Assembly: GCF_001194135.2 (NCBI RefSeq)
Contig: NC_068986.1
Span: 23,624,915-23,666,245 of the forward strand
From: Octopus bimaculoides
Taxonomy: Eukaryota
Reading direction: 5' to 3'
Length of the DNA stretch: 41,331 nt
The position numbers and the translations under genes are program-made. Position 1 is the first letter of the stretch, and the number at the start of each line of letters is the position of its first letter. Positions 1 through 11,929 of this stretch are shown in pieces. A model generated the notes under the pieces. It worked only from the letters and a program-made list of their open reading frames with translations. It did no database searches and had not been told where the DNA came from.

Positions 1-110
1 CTATTTAAAGTTGATATATATATACAAAAACTCAACTGTGAGTTTTTTGCTAAGATTGTTAACAGATACTATATTTTTTACCAAATTTTTGTTTAAAAAA
101 AAAAATATTT

Positions 111-112
<2 letters not shown>

Positions 113-175
<63 letters not shown>

Positions 176-345
176 CTGTCTGTCATTGTTATTTGTGTTT
201 GTGTTTGTGCTCCCACCATCGCTTGTCAAACGATGTTGGTGTGTTTATATCTCCGTAACTTGGCGGTTTGGCACAAAAGACCGATGGAATAAGTCCTGGG
301 GTCGATTTATAAAAGAATAAAAGAATAAAGACTAACAAAAGAAGT
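113..345 (+). mobile_element. SINE family A, 3' half with its internal (TA)n(TG)n microsatellite
   Basis: After the microsatellite, CCCACCATCGCTTG...GATGTTGGTGTGTTTA...GGGGTCGATTT matches the 3' half of the fuller copies at 19920-20518 and 21321-21657; an AAAAGAAT-type tail follows. Confidence 0.8.
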
Positions 346-360
346 CTACAAAGAAATATA

Positions 361-600
361 TTCTATTACCTGTTTCAGTTGTTTGACTGCAGCCATGCTG
401 GAGCAGCGCCGTTTTAGTCGAACAAATCGACCCCAGGACTTATTCTTTCTAAGGCTAGTACTTATTTCTATCGGTATCATTTGCCGAAGCCCTAAGTTAC
501 GAGGACGTAAACACACCGGCATCGGTTGTCAAGCGATGGTGGGGGACAAACACAGACACACACAAACACATACACGCACGTATACACACACATACATATT
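361..600 (-). mobile_element. SINE family A, 3' half, inverted relative to the copy at 113-345
   Basis: TTTCAGTTGTTTGACTGCAGCCATGCTGGAGCA...ATCGACCCCAGGACTTATTC...CGGTTGTCAAGCGATGG aligns with 19920-20130. Confidence 0.9.
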
Positions 601-778
601 TACGTATGTACACGACCGGTTTAATTGCCCGTCTAAACTCCACGTTCTATATGATCAAAATACCACCGCAGTGAATATAATGACGCAATAAATATATAAA
701 TTTATATGAATAAAGATAAGATCGTTATTTAAAATACCACATATCAAGTGGCCAACATGGGAATAAAGACCTTATAGG

Positions 779-813
<35 letters not shown>

Positions 814-1032
814 NNNNNNNNNNNNNNNNNNNNNNNNNNNNNNNNNNNNNNNNNNNNNNNNNNNNNNNNNNNNNNNNNNNNNNNNNNNNNNNTATATATA
901 TGTATGTAATAGACTCGAGATGTTAACGACTTTTTCACTTTCCGAGCGTTAAACTAATACATCTGTTTGTCGTCTACATCACCTGTCTTCGTCTTTTGTC
1001 TTTTTTGTGAATTCTCCCTATATATCATTGTG

Positions 1033-1358
1033 TTTTATCTTTTAATTGTTCCAGTCATTAGACTGCGACCAAGCTGGAGTTGCCTGTTGAAGAATTTTTT
1101 GTCGAATGTATCGACTCTTGTACTTATATTTGAAAGTCTGCTACTTATTCTATCGAACTTTTTTTGCCGAACAGCTAGCTTAGGTGAACGTAAACGCACC
1201 AGCACCGATTATCAAGTGGTAGAGGGGCAGCAAACACAGACACAAAGAAACATACACACATCCATATATACGACAGGCTTCTTTCAGTTTCCGTCTACCA
1301 AATCCACTCACAAGGCTTTGGACGGTCCGAGGCTTTAGTAGAAGACACTTGCCCAAGT
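1033..1358 (-). mobile_element. SINE family A, diverged, head missing
   Basis: A diverged 3' half is followed by CGACAGGCTTCTTTCAGTTTCCGTCTACCAAATCCACTCACAAGGCTTTG...GAAGACACTTGCCCAAG, shared with 20381-20440. Confidence 0.85.
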
Positions 1359-1557
1359 GTACCTCTTAATGGTACGGAACCCTCAGCTGCAAATTGAGAA
1401 GTAAAAGGTTCGATTATCGGTAGCGTCTTGCAGGCTACTTTTGTCTTGTCTTTCTAAGGATATTTGCCCAATCTTCTAAGCTGTTTTCATAACTATTCTA
1501 CATTCCAGATTTATTTTACTTTCTGTTGAATACCAGATTTCTAAGTTTGATATATAT

Positions 1558-1880
1558 AGGAGCACTCCGTCGGTTATGACGACGCGGGTCCCAGCTGATT
1601 CAATCAACAGAACAGTCTGCTCGTTAAATTAACGTGCAAGTGGTTGAGCACTCCACAGACAAGTGTACCATTAATGCCGTTCTCAGGGAGATTCAGCGTG
1701 ACACAAATTTATGACAAGGGTGGCCCCTTTAAAATACAGGTACTACTCATTTTTGCTACCTGAGTGGACTGGGGCAACGTGAAATAAAGTGTTTTGCTCA
1801 AAGACAACGCATCGCTGGGAATTGAACTCATGACCCAGTGATTGTGAGCCGAATGCCCTAACCACTAAGCTACGCGTCTT
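1558..1880 (-). mobile_element. SINE family B (tRNA-derived head, CORE-like central domain)
   Basis: Full-length inverted homolog of 14684-15006, with A- and B-box-like motifs on the minus strand. Confidence 0.85.
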
Positions 1881-2225
1881 CACACCCACCCACCCACATA
1901 TACATGCGTGTGTGTGTGAGTAGGTGTGTATATATCTTTATATTATAAGCAAAATATAATCATCAAAGGAGACACACGCACTCATGGACACATACCTGCA
2001 TATACACATCATATACACATATATATATGGGAAGAGAGAGAGGTACTGAGGGAAAGAAATAAAGAGTATGTATATAACAGTTATATATTTTTGAAATTAG
2101 GTAATTGTATTTTAAATACTATTTTCATTGTTATCACTAATGGAGATATCGCTAATGGAGACTTCTTTTCCTATCTCATTTATTCTTATGACTAGCTCAA
2201 TTATATTTAAAAACAACTATCTATG

Positions 2226-2289
<64 letters not shown>

Positions 2290-2495
2290 NNNNNNNNNNN
2301 NNNNNNNNNNNNNNNNNNNNNNNNNNNNNNNNNNNNNNNNNNNNNNNNNNNNNNNNNNNNNNNNNNNNNNNNNNNNNNNNNNNNNNNNNNNNNNNNNNNN
2401 NNNNNNNNNNNNNNNNNNNNNNNNNNNNNNNNNNNNNNNNNNNNNNNNNNNNNNNNNNNNNNNNNNNNNNNNNNNNNNNNNNNNNNNNNNNNNNN

Positions 2496-2547
<52 letters not shown>

Positions 2548-2672
2548 ACATTCTATAATTGCAGTTAAAATACTTTTTGCACAGGTATCACTAGTGCAGA
2601 TTTCGTTATATAACACTTGAGATTTCCTATATTTGAGAACGATTAAAATTTACATATTTAATTGTCACTTTC

Positions 2673-2707
<35 letters not shown>

Positions 2708-2810
2708 ATCCATCTATCTATTTGTCCCTGTCTTACTATATACATGACTCTCATTTCTAGCAATATTGGTGCTGATTAACACCGTTAGTCGCTTTAGTGA
2801 CGTATATATA

Positions 2811-3223
2811 TTAGGTTGTCAAGAAAGGTCTTGCGGAATTCTTCTCCACGACAACGCTTCGCCGCACGTCGCACAACTGACCCTGCAGAAGTTGAACGAC
2901 ATGGGCTACAAAACTCTGCCTCATCCGCCATACTCACCAGACCTCTCGCCTACCGACTACCACTCTTTCAAGCATCTCGACAACTTTCTGCGTGAGAAAT
3001 GCTTAAAAAAAAACCAAGACGATGCCAAACACTCTTTCAACGACTTCATCACCGCCACGACGCAGGACTTTTACGCTACTGGCATAAATAAACGTTTTTC
3101 GCGTTGGCAAAAGTGTGTTAATTCTGATGGTGTTTATTTCGATTAATAAAGTTTTGTTTGAGCCGAGATATGTGCATCTGAATTTAAACGTTAAAAACTG
3201 CAAGAACGTTCTTGACAACCTAA
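2811..3223 (+). mobile_element. Non-autonomous mariner (DD34D; cecropia/Hsmar1-like), 413 bp, internally deleted
   Basis: TIRs TTAGGTTGTCAAGAAAGGTCTTGCGG and its inverse match at 23/26; TA on both flanks; the left TIR is fused directly to the transposase C-terminus. Confidence 0.93.
2838..3146 (+). pseudogene. Mariner transposase C-terminal fragment
   Basis: ILLHDNASPH...HPPYSPDLSPTDYH...FYATGINK...RWQKCV..DG.YFD* contains the second and third catalytic Asp motifs. The N-terminus of ORF 2766..3146 is flank and TIR sequence. Confidence 0.92.
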
Positions 3224-3373
3224 TATATAGATGTACGTTTCGCTTGAAATATTGCTAGGAAGCCACCCTTATCATTTATAATTTTCACTTTTATAATGTA
3301 TGAATTCAGCGTGTGATTTCTACGGTCATCTTTTAAGCTGATAAGGCGAGTTGAATTTAACCCTAAGCGCCGG

Positions 3374-3426
3374 TAAGCGCCACTGAAGAGCATTAATGTA
3401 AATGTGAATTCTCTGGTGATCTGGCT
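3374..3426 (+). ncRNA. Type I hammerhead ribozyme fold, degenerate (A15.1 replaced by U)
   Basis: Stem I GCCA/TGGC; core CTGAAGA at 3383-3389; stem II GCAT/ATGT; GAA; partial stem III TCTC/GTGA; ATC triplet ending at C3421. Confidence 0.55.
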
Positions 3427-3601
3427 ATGTCCAGTGCTGAAGGAGCTTACCTCCCTTGCCGGTCATTAAGATAATGCGTAACGAGGCTATGCGTTGTTTT
3501 GACTCTCATTTCTAGCAATACGAGTGCTGAATAGCGCCCTAAGTCGCTTTAGTGACGTATATACTTTTGCCTTTCGGCTGAAAACTTGCTAACAAGCCAC
3601 T

Positions 3602-3661
<60 letters not shown>

Positions 3662-4552
3662 AAAGATATGCATACATGCATACGTACATATGGATAACGG
3701 CATTACGATTACATAGTGGATTTGAATAAATGTTTTCATGGGTATCATAACTTAATATCATTTAGGGGAGAGAGATAGCGAAGAAAATTTGCGGAGGTTT
3801 CGATACTGATAGAGAATTCATCAAGCCTGTATGTAGTTAGAATTCTTTCAAGGAGTATCAATTCCCGTGTATAAACTCTTATACAGATCAGAATTTATAA
3901 ACAATACTATATAATCATTTAACAGGATATTAAATTTCTCTCCTAGAATATGTTGACACCTGCTGGATCCGTCCGGTTTCTAGAATGGTTTATTAAATGG
4001 CCATCTTTGTGCAATTAAAAGTACTTACTATTTAGTGGACAACATGAAATGATGATATAATTAAAAGACAATGGTATAGTGAAGGTTTTGCTATGCATTA
4101 TCTGTTGAAACTAAAGGATCTGTTAGCTTCCTGGCCGTAAAGATATTATTAGTAATTTAAGCAATACTCTTAATGCTTGTATAAACAAGTATATGACATA
4201 TGCTTGTGACAAATAAATCAAAGACCTAAGTAATGGTGTATTTAATAAAACTCAAGGTAAATTATTCAACTTATGGTAGTAATATCTACACCAGTCGCAT
4301 CGGACCTACCTACAAAAGGACAAACAGCAATAGTCGGCGGCATCATTTCATCAAGAAAGTGGCTACACGACTGCCTAGAAACATTAATTCCTAATTGGGA
4401 GACTTTAACATTCCTAAAGCTATGCAATTAAGGGTATAGAATTTGCCCGTGTTTTTCAAACTACATTCCTAAACGAATAGATGTTCCTCTTTCCATTGTA
4501 TATCTGTCTGTCTGTCTGTTTGTCTATCTGTCTGTCTGTATGTATGTATATA

Positions 4553-4589
<37 letters not shown>

Positions 4590-4849
4590 CCCCTCACACT
4601 CTCTATATGTATACATATATGTATGTATATATGTATGTATATATGTATGTATGTATGTACGTATGCATACATACATATATATATATTGTAAGATAAATAA
4701 ACACAAGAGGGCTTCTGTCTAATATTTGCATGCGGCATAAAAAATAGAGATAACAGAATAAAGAAAAATAAGAACAAAAAAAATAGTCTTTTCGTGACTG
4801 CTGTTTCATGATTTAACAACTTACGCAATAACTTTATTCATATGCAACA

Positions 4850-5700
4850 TATATATGACGTCATATGTGCGTGGCCTGCGACAAGACCCGATGAAATTGT
4901 GAAAGTAAGTTAGGTGTTCCTCCTCAGGGGAAAGGTGGCAAATATATATTTTCTTGCAATGTTTGCAGATATGAAGATTTAAAGAGAACAGTGTGGGGTA
5001 GTGAAGTAGAGGAGGAGAGAAGGCGTAGGAAACAGACAAATAGAAGGGTGGTTAAAAGGAGATATGAGATGAAAATATTGCTTGACAAAGACCAGACATA
5101 AAAAAGAAAGTTAATTTCTGGTCGTAGAAATATTGTTGTCAATTGAAAATAGCGGGGGACCAAATTAGTAGTTTATAGACAGACAAGATAATGCAGTTAA
5201 GAAAAATATACATCTTCTGAAAACCCAGAGCACGCCATATATTTGTGCTGGTCTATAATTTGTAGTGGAACCCCTACCACGCAAATCATCACGCCTTTAA
5301 ATTATGTTGCTAAAAGTCGTTCTCTGTACTACGCCAGAATGTGACTTTCGATACTTAATCGATTCTTTGAAGTAATATTTGCTTCCAGACGAATTCTACA
5401 GAACCTCTGCTCATTATGTAAAATCATTATAATTTCTCATCATCTTCGCTAAAATTCTCTTTCACTCACCGTATCTTCTCTTACTAAACCTCACTCCCTT
5501 ACCACAACACTTATTCTCCACGCTACTCTGTCCCTCACTTCTATTGTTCTTAATTGCTTTATCTTGTCTGCGAACTACTAATTTGGTCCCCCACTAGTGT
5601 TTATCTTACTACCTCCTTAACACCTCGATAAATATTGTTCATATAGCCGATTTTCGATGATGAAGCCCCAAATCTGGATGAAGAAATTGCAGTTTGAGTT
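4850..5700. mobile_element. Probable inverted pair of Penelope-like element fragments
   Basis: Inverted repeat of about 55 bp (5152-5208 and 5542-5594). The minus strand at 4850-5150 encodes a PLE N-terminus-like LSPEEEH...HNFI segment, and a decayed hammerhead-like TGATGAAGCC...GAAATTGCAGT lies at about 5656-5692. Family assignment is inference. Confidence 0.4.
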
Positions 5701-5771
5701 CCCATGCACGTGAACACTAATCTGTATCATCAATACCAATACCATACTCACTTTGCTTTGACGTGCTCACT

Positions 5772-5816
<45 letters not shown>

Positions 5817-5899
5817 GATAAAATATGATATATATATATATGGAAAAAATATTATTTCTAAATCTCTCAACGAGAGACATTCAGTAACAATACTCTAAA

Positions 5900-6340
5900 G
5901 TAAAGGTTATTTGCCAACATGATGTGGCAGTCCCGGTTAGAAAGAATGTTACTGTTGTTTAGCCCCAGGAAACATCGACTCCAGTGGGCTATAGGACACA
6001 CTATCTGTGTCCTTATATTTTCGAACAGGAGAGTTCAGCATCCCTACTCAGCAGAAAGTAATATCTGTAGACTGCGGTTTCTGGGTTATTTCTCTTTCTC
6101 AGCACAGAATAACTGTTTGACTAGCCAGCCAAAGGAGGCTGAGTAAGGGAAATAACCCAGAAACCGTGATCTACAGATATTGCTCTGTGCTGAGTAGGGA
6201 TGTTGAACTCCCCTGTTCGAAAATATAAGGATACAGATAGTGTGTCGTATAGCCATCTGGAGACGATGTTTCTTAGTGTTTGATAACAGTAACGTTCGTC
6301 CAACCGAGACTGCCACATTATGTTGGCAAATAATGTTTAC
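5900..6340. mobile_element. Foldback/palindromic MITE-like element
   Basis: Arms at 5907-6103 and 6138-6333 are reverse complements (roughly 80-85% identical by eye) around a 34-bp spacer. No clear TSD. Confidence 0.85.
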
Positions 6341-7375
6341 TATGTAAATACAAGTATATGTATATATATTGATATATTCCTACATATTGATAAAAAGCAC
6401 TGCTCTGTAGCATCAACATCTAAACTAAATTTGCTTTCACGTACTCACTATTTACATATGTATATATATGTATGTGTATATGTTTGTGTGTGAATTTGTG
6501 TGTGTGTATGTGCGTGCGTATAGTTATATTTATATATAATTACATATATATATAGACGCACACACATATATAGACACATATATAGACACATATATAGACA
6601 CATATATAGACACATATATAGACGCACACACATATTGAAACGCATTCGTTTCCTTAGCAGTAATTCTAAAAGTAGAAACTCTGTTTATCAATGTAAAATT
6701 ACTTCCGGTTCTGCTGTCTTGTTTTTTACATACGTAGTTCTTCATCTCCGTTGTCCAAAAAATCTAATCATTACTCTACATTTAAACATATCAATAAAGC
6801 AACAATACTGGGCTTAGCAAATTAATTTGGTCTCTAAAGAATATAATAAACAATTTGATTTGGAATGGAATATTCAATTTAGATCCTTTCCACATGATAA
6901 ATGTAAATCCTTTTGTCCGCTCTGTAACTAAGAACAATATCTCATCCTGTTCTCGGAGAATTTGCTTGTAAATACGTTTAAAGAACGCGTTTATCGTCGC
7001 AAACATTGGCAAAAGCATACCTTTAGGTCCTATAAGTAATTTCTACCAATCTATGAAATTAGACCTTTAACTGTCTTCTTACATTTCATTTCCACTACAT
7101 ATAAGTATTTTCCCGCCTTTAAACTTTATTCCCATTCATGTATGACATTATATTTCTCCACTCTTAATTTTCTGTTAATTCCTTTCTTTCTCGTCCTTCT
7201 CGTTCACTACATTGCTTGAACGGTTTTTAAAAATATGACTTGCCAGCGTTCCCCTTCCTCATATGTGCGGTAATCACGTTCGGTTAAGATGGCTTACTGA
7301 TGTATTTAGCTTCTCTTTCTTTTCCCTGACGAGATGTTTGCATTGTTTTACATCATTTTATTCCCTCGGGAATAG

Positions 7376-7425
<50 letters not shown>

Positions 7426-7545
7426 CATGCGCACTTATTATTTTGTGTATATGCATACGATATATNNNNNNNNNNNNNNNNNNNNNNNNNNNNNNNNNNN
7501 NNNNNNNNNNNNNNNNNNNNNNNNNNNNNNNNNNNNNNNNNNNNN

Positions 7546-7583
<38 letters not shown>

Positions 7584-7879
7584 TATCAGACTTTATGTGT
7601 CTGTTAACCATACTTACACGTGTCTGCTTCACATATACAGGAATCTGTTCTATGCAAACATGTATGATGTATCAGATACATATTCCAGGAAAACTGAATA
7701 ATAGCAAGCTGCACAGAAGAAAACTTGTCTTCATATAGATGTCGTAATTTGCCCTTTAGAATAATTTATTAAATATCATAATTACTGAAATCTCGTGCTC
7801 GGTTTTAGTGATTTATCTTACGTAATTCTCTTTAATTACGATTTTAATTATTCTCGACAATGTACATATTCTCTCTTTT

Positions 7880-8576
7880 GTAGTCTTTTAAAAATAAATT
7901 TCCTTCGGTCTAAAGTAAATCCATTTAATACTTGATATATATCAATGTTTCTAATAAGTTTTATAGCCAGGAAGAAGAACAAAAAAAATGATTATAAAAG
8001 CCAAAGGATAAGTGTTTGATTGCGTTCGAAACAAATGTTTTCTCTGAATATTTTTTACTTGGGAAATCCAATACCATAACATTTATCGTAAATATTCAGG
8101 ATTTTAGTTTTTGTCTTATATTTGTAGTGAAATCTTTTTGTATGTTCAAATCAATGTAATACTAATGTTTCCTACATCAAGGGAAATTTTGTGAAAATGG
8201 TACAATGATGATTTGACGACGATTTGTCTGTGTAGTGCAGAATGAAATATTTCTGGTAAATTAGTTTATGCGTCTACCATAAAACAGTTATCGACTTCGA
8301 TTGAGTCTAGATTTTCGGAGAGTGTGAAGCAAATATCTTTCAAACAGTTATATATCAATAAGTAATCTTGTAATGCATTATCTATCAATAAATTATATTA
8401 GTCATCTATCGATAGAATCATAAGAAGTCACATAATTATTTATTTGGATTTGATGATGGATGAGCGAAGTGTCTGTTTTCAAACATAGATGTCTCGCTAA
8501 ACATTTGGCAATTGTTAATTGGTCCTAATTTGCTAGAAAATTTACCTTTGAAATATATTTTGCTTTTTTATCGTGG
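7880..8576 (+). repeat. Segmental duplication block A, copy 1
   Basis: 8171-8576 is about 90% identical to 12210-12629; the upstream part is only weakly similar to 11930-12200. Confidence 0.9.
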
Positions 8577-9255
8577 GTCCGAAATGTTGTCCTTGCTGGT
8601 AAAGAAGTATTATTATATCTAATACATGTGGTAAACGAAGTATGTTTCTTATATGAAATTAGAATATATAAATTTTTTTGTATGTGTGATAGTTTGTTGG
8701 GTTTACCTAACGATTTCGTTATCAAATTGCTCATGAAATTCACTGCATTTTCTTAATTAAATTTGAGACTAATGAAGAACTTGGTAAAATAATTCTCTCA
8801 TTAGTACGCTTGTGTCTGTAACATACATTAACATACATTAACATGAAGTTTTTATAGTAGGTTTTAATTGAGTTCCCGTTAAAACAGGAAGTCTGAATCT
8901 GAGAACCAAGGATTGTTTCGAGCGTGGTTGGTATCAAACTACAATTTTCCCCACCCCTGGGATGTGCTATGGAATGCACCTTGTTCTCTGGATGATGATA
9001 AGTTACTTTTCTGTACGTTTTAACACGATGGTAGAATTCTTTACCAACGTATTAGTATTTTGTTTATATCTGAACAGTAACTTTTTGGCATTAGCTTTCC
9101 ATCAGACCAATCTCTGGCTGAGTGCTTTTGTAGCACTGAGAATGCTATGGATGTCTCACCTTTCTCCTATGTTTTGCTCCTGTTAATGTCCACTAAACGA
9201 CATGCCCCTAGGAAGATGATGGTGCAGACGCGCATTCGCTCATACCCGCACACTG

Positions 9256-9316
<61 letters not shown>

Positions 9317-9899
9317 AAATTGAGTAATCTATTTTTACGATCAATATACATTCGAGTTGTCTCTCGAGTCATTACTGTGTGAATTTGAACTTTAAATCTT
9401 GATTAATTGCCATTGTTATTAAACTAACTATCGTTACCTCATTTTAAGTTTTCTCTGAAGGAATAAAGAGTTCAGTGACCTGTTCTATTGTAGTTAGAAG
9501 TTTTGTCAGAAACCGAATTCCATCTTAAGTCTTCAGTAAAATGCAAGCGTAGTTTTGTCGCTATTGGCTAACCACCACTCGATTCAATAATTCAAAAATG
9601 ATCACACAAGCGTCATGCATAAAGAAGTAGTCAGACACACAAACAGGCACCGTTCTGATGTCGATGACAACATTAAATAATTTGGGGAGAGAGTTCTTTT
9701 AGACAAACAATTCTCTATCGAGGAAGTGGTAAAAAAGTTTGAAAATTAGCCATAAGTCTAACTATGAAATCATCAACATTTTAAAGCAGAAGTGCACAAA
9801 CAAAATCGTTTTGAATTTGTTACTGACATTTGTATTGCAATAGTGACGAAGGTCACACATTTTGAGGAAACAAAAGCATTCGGGGCTGTGTAGGAGAGT

Positions 9900-10290
9900 A
9901 CGGAAGCGAAGGAAGGTAGAGCATGTCAAACTTGACCAGGTGGTGGGAGCGGAAGTGCAGATAAGAAAAAGTGATGTGGGTTTTGAGAAGGAAGCGCCTC
10001 TTTCTCTGAAAGTCAGAGGTAGAAGATCCGATGGTGAAGGCCAAGCCGAAGATGGTGGAGTGGTCGAATAATCGGTGATCCATTGACAAGTCGGACATTT
10101 GTAAAGTGCACTGCAAACCTGGTAACCAGTCTGTCCCATGTAGATCGAATTGCAAATGGAGCGTGGAGCCCACATATGAAGCTGGTAGAGGTGCAACGAA
10201 AACAGTCCATAATGTGGAATGTACGGTTGTTGTGTCCGGTGAGAGTGATTATATTGGAAGGGTGTGGCAGCATTAAAAAAGAATAAGGGG
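9900..10290 (-). pseudogene. Penelope-like element GIY-YIG endonuclease fragment, frameshifted
   Basis: Joining two minus-strand frames gives TFHIMDCFRCTSTSFI / ICNSIYMGQTG / RLVTRFAVH..VRL.NGSPII, the PLE endonuclease pattern. Confidence 0.75.
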
Positions 10291-10439
10291 GATCTATACG
10301 CGTGCGTGTGTATGTGTGTGTGAGTGTGTGTGATTATTTATTTCGTGTGTCTTTTGGTTCAACGCAATGAACATTGACAAATATACATTCATACATGGAA
10401 ATAGACATTTAAATATTTGAAATATTTTATATATTAACG

Positions 10440-10872
10440 AATAATACATACAGGCTTTACACTAATCTCAGGCATTCACGTTGCGCAAGCAGGTGCTTTT
10501 TTCTGTCAAAGTAGTTGGCAACTGACTTTATCAGCGAGGTATACTCGCTTTAAGCTAATTATCGATAAACTTTACGTTGAATTAATTAAAATATTGTATT
10601 TCATATAAGGCATTGACCTTTATTCAATCTTAAGCAAAGCTTGTCATTTAAGATATATCATCTTGACCTTCTTCACTAACCTTGTCATATATTCTTCAGT
10701 TTTCTATGTTTCAAGCGGCCGTACTATCTTGTAAGGTGACACTTGAGATATAACACTCCTTAATAAGATGAGATTAAGTTCTAACTGAATTTACATTCTG
10801 GAAGAAATTAATTTAACATGCAAAACCTACGGCAAACGTGTTTATGTACTAATGAGTTGATTTGCTGTATGT
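10440..10872 (+). repeat. Segmental duplication block B, copy 1
   Basis: Colinear, diverged homology to 15425-15857, e.g. TTAATTAAA(A)TATTGTATTTCATA...TTGACCTTTATTCA. Confidence 0.8.
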
Positions 10873-11141
10873 TGGATAAATATCGTTAATACCTTTGAGC
10901 ATATACATGCTATATCCTCACGCAAAAATATATGTGTATGTTTAAGAAATATTAACATGTATAGATATATGCGAACATATATACATATACATATATAATC
11001 AGATAGACACATACGCACACACATATACATGCCTGGTAGTTATATGACTCACTGGTTGAACAGAGGAGAGAGAGATATGCGAATGAAATATTCCTCTTTT
11101 TCTTTTTCTTACAATTTTTATTATCATTATTTGGTAAACTC

Positions 11142-11288
11142 AAGGCGGCGAGCTGGCAGAATCTTTAGCGTGCCGGGCGAAATGCTTAGCGGTATTTCGT
11201 CTGCCGTTACGTTTTGAGTTCAAATTCCACCGAGGTCGACTTTGCCTTTTATCCTTTCGGGGTCGATAAATTAAGTACCAGTTACGCA
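11142..11288 (+). mobile_element. SINE family C, 5' portion, ending in (GA)n
   Basis: Head GGCGGCGAGCTGGCAGAATC...GAGTTCAAATTCC (B-box); inverse homolog at 30380-30579. Confidence 0.85.
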
Positions 11289-11929
11289 GAGAGAGAGAGA
11301 GAGAGAGAGAGAGAATGGGGGTGGGGTCTGGAAAGAGAATTGAATCACAATACATGACTGTTACTTCATTTATCATCTCCGAAAGTATATCAGATAGTTT
11401 TATGGATTCGGAGCAGTGAGAACAGGCAACAGAGAGAACTGGCAGCAGAGAGAACCGAACTTTTCACCTTGCAAATTAAATAAAGGAAATACCAAATAGA
11501 TGCTCGCACACACACACACACACGCACACTTACACGTATATCTAATAGGTGTATGTGCTGTTACATATGTATGCATGCATCGGCATATCTGATTGAATTT
11601 TTACTTTCGTGTGTTTATTTCATTGAGATATATAGAAACCTTGTTGTTGTATGCATAAAATCATCAAAACAGGCTGGTATGAGTGTGAAACACATGATCA
11701 AGCGAAGTTGTCTTGGTGGGAAACTGGCAGAGGTCCTCACCTGTTAATTTACGATTTGCTCTGTTAAATAAACACTTACATTTTATGCTGAGTCAGGAAT
11801 GTTATCATCGTTCAATGACTTACTGGTTTATTTCTCTTTAATTACGAAGTCTCTAACGGCTCGTAATGTACAGAAGCTTTATTTTCCCATTCCTACTAAA
11901 TCCTTTTCTCTTAAACATAATGTGATACT

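Larger units (their letters stand above)
2746..3604 (+). mobile_element. Retrozyme-like hammerhead-bearing repeat, locus 1 (one 340-bp unit plus about 104 bp terminal direct repeat, interrupted by a mariner)
   Basis: TAGTGACG recurs at 2795 and 3550; 755 bp minus 415 bp (mariner plus TSD) gives 340 bp. Homologous along its length to 25596-26006, contains a hammerhead fold at 3374-3426, and ends at (TA)n. Confidence 0.65.

Noticed and set aside
4842-4904. DVICAWPATRPDEIVK followed by GTAAGT, resembling a class B GPCR hormone-binding motif
   Set aside because: There is no AG acceptor between the in-frame stop at 4809 and the motif, the Cys-Trp spacing is off, and the opposite strand looks PLE-like.
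9842-9880. GTGACGAAGGTC...GAGGAAAC hammerhead-like string next to the GIY-YIG relic
   Set aside because: The core is mutated, the stems are incomplete, and it is antisense to the ORF. Too degenerate to call.
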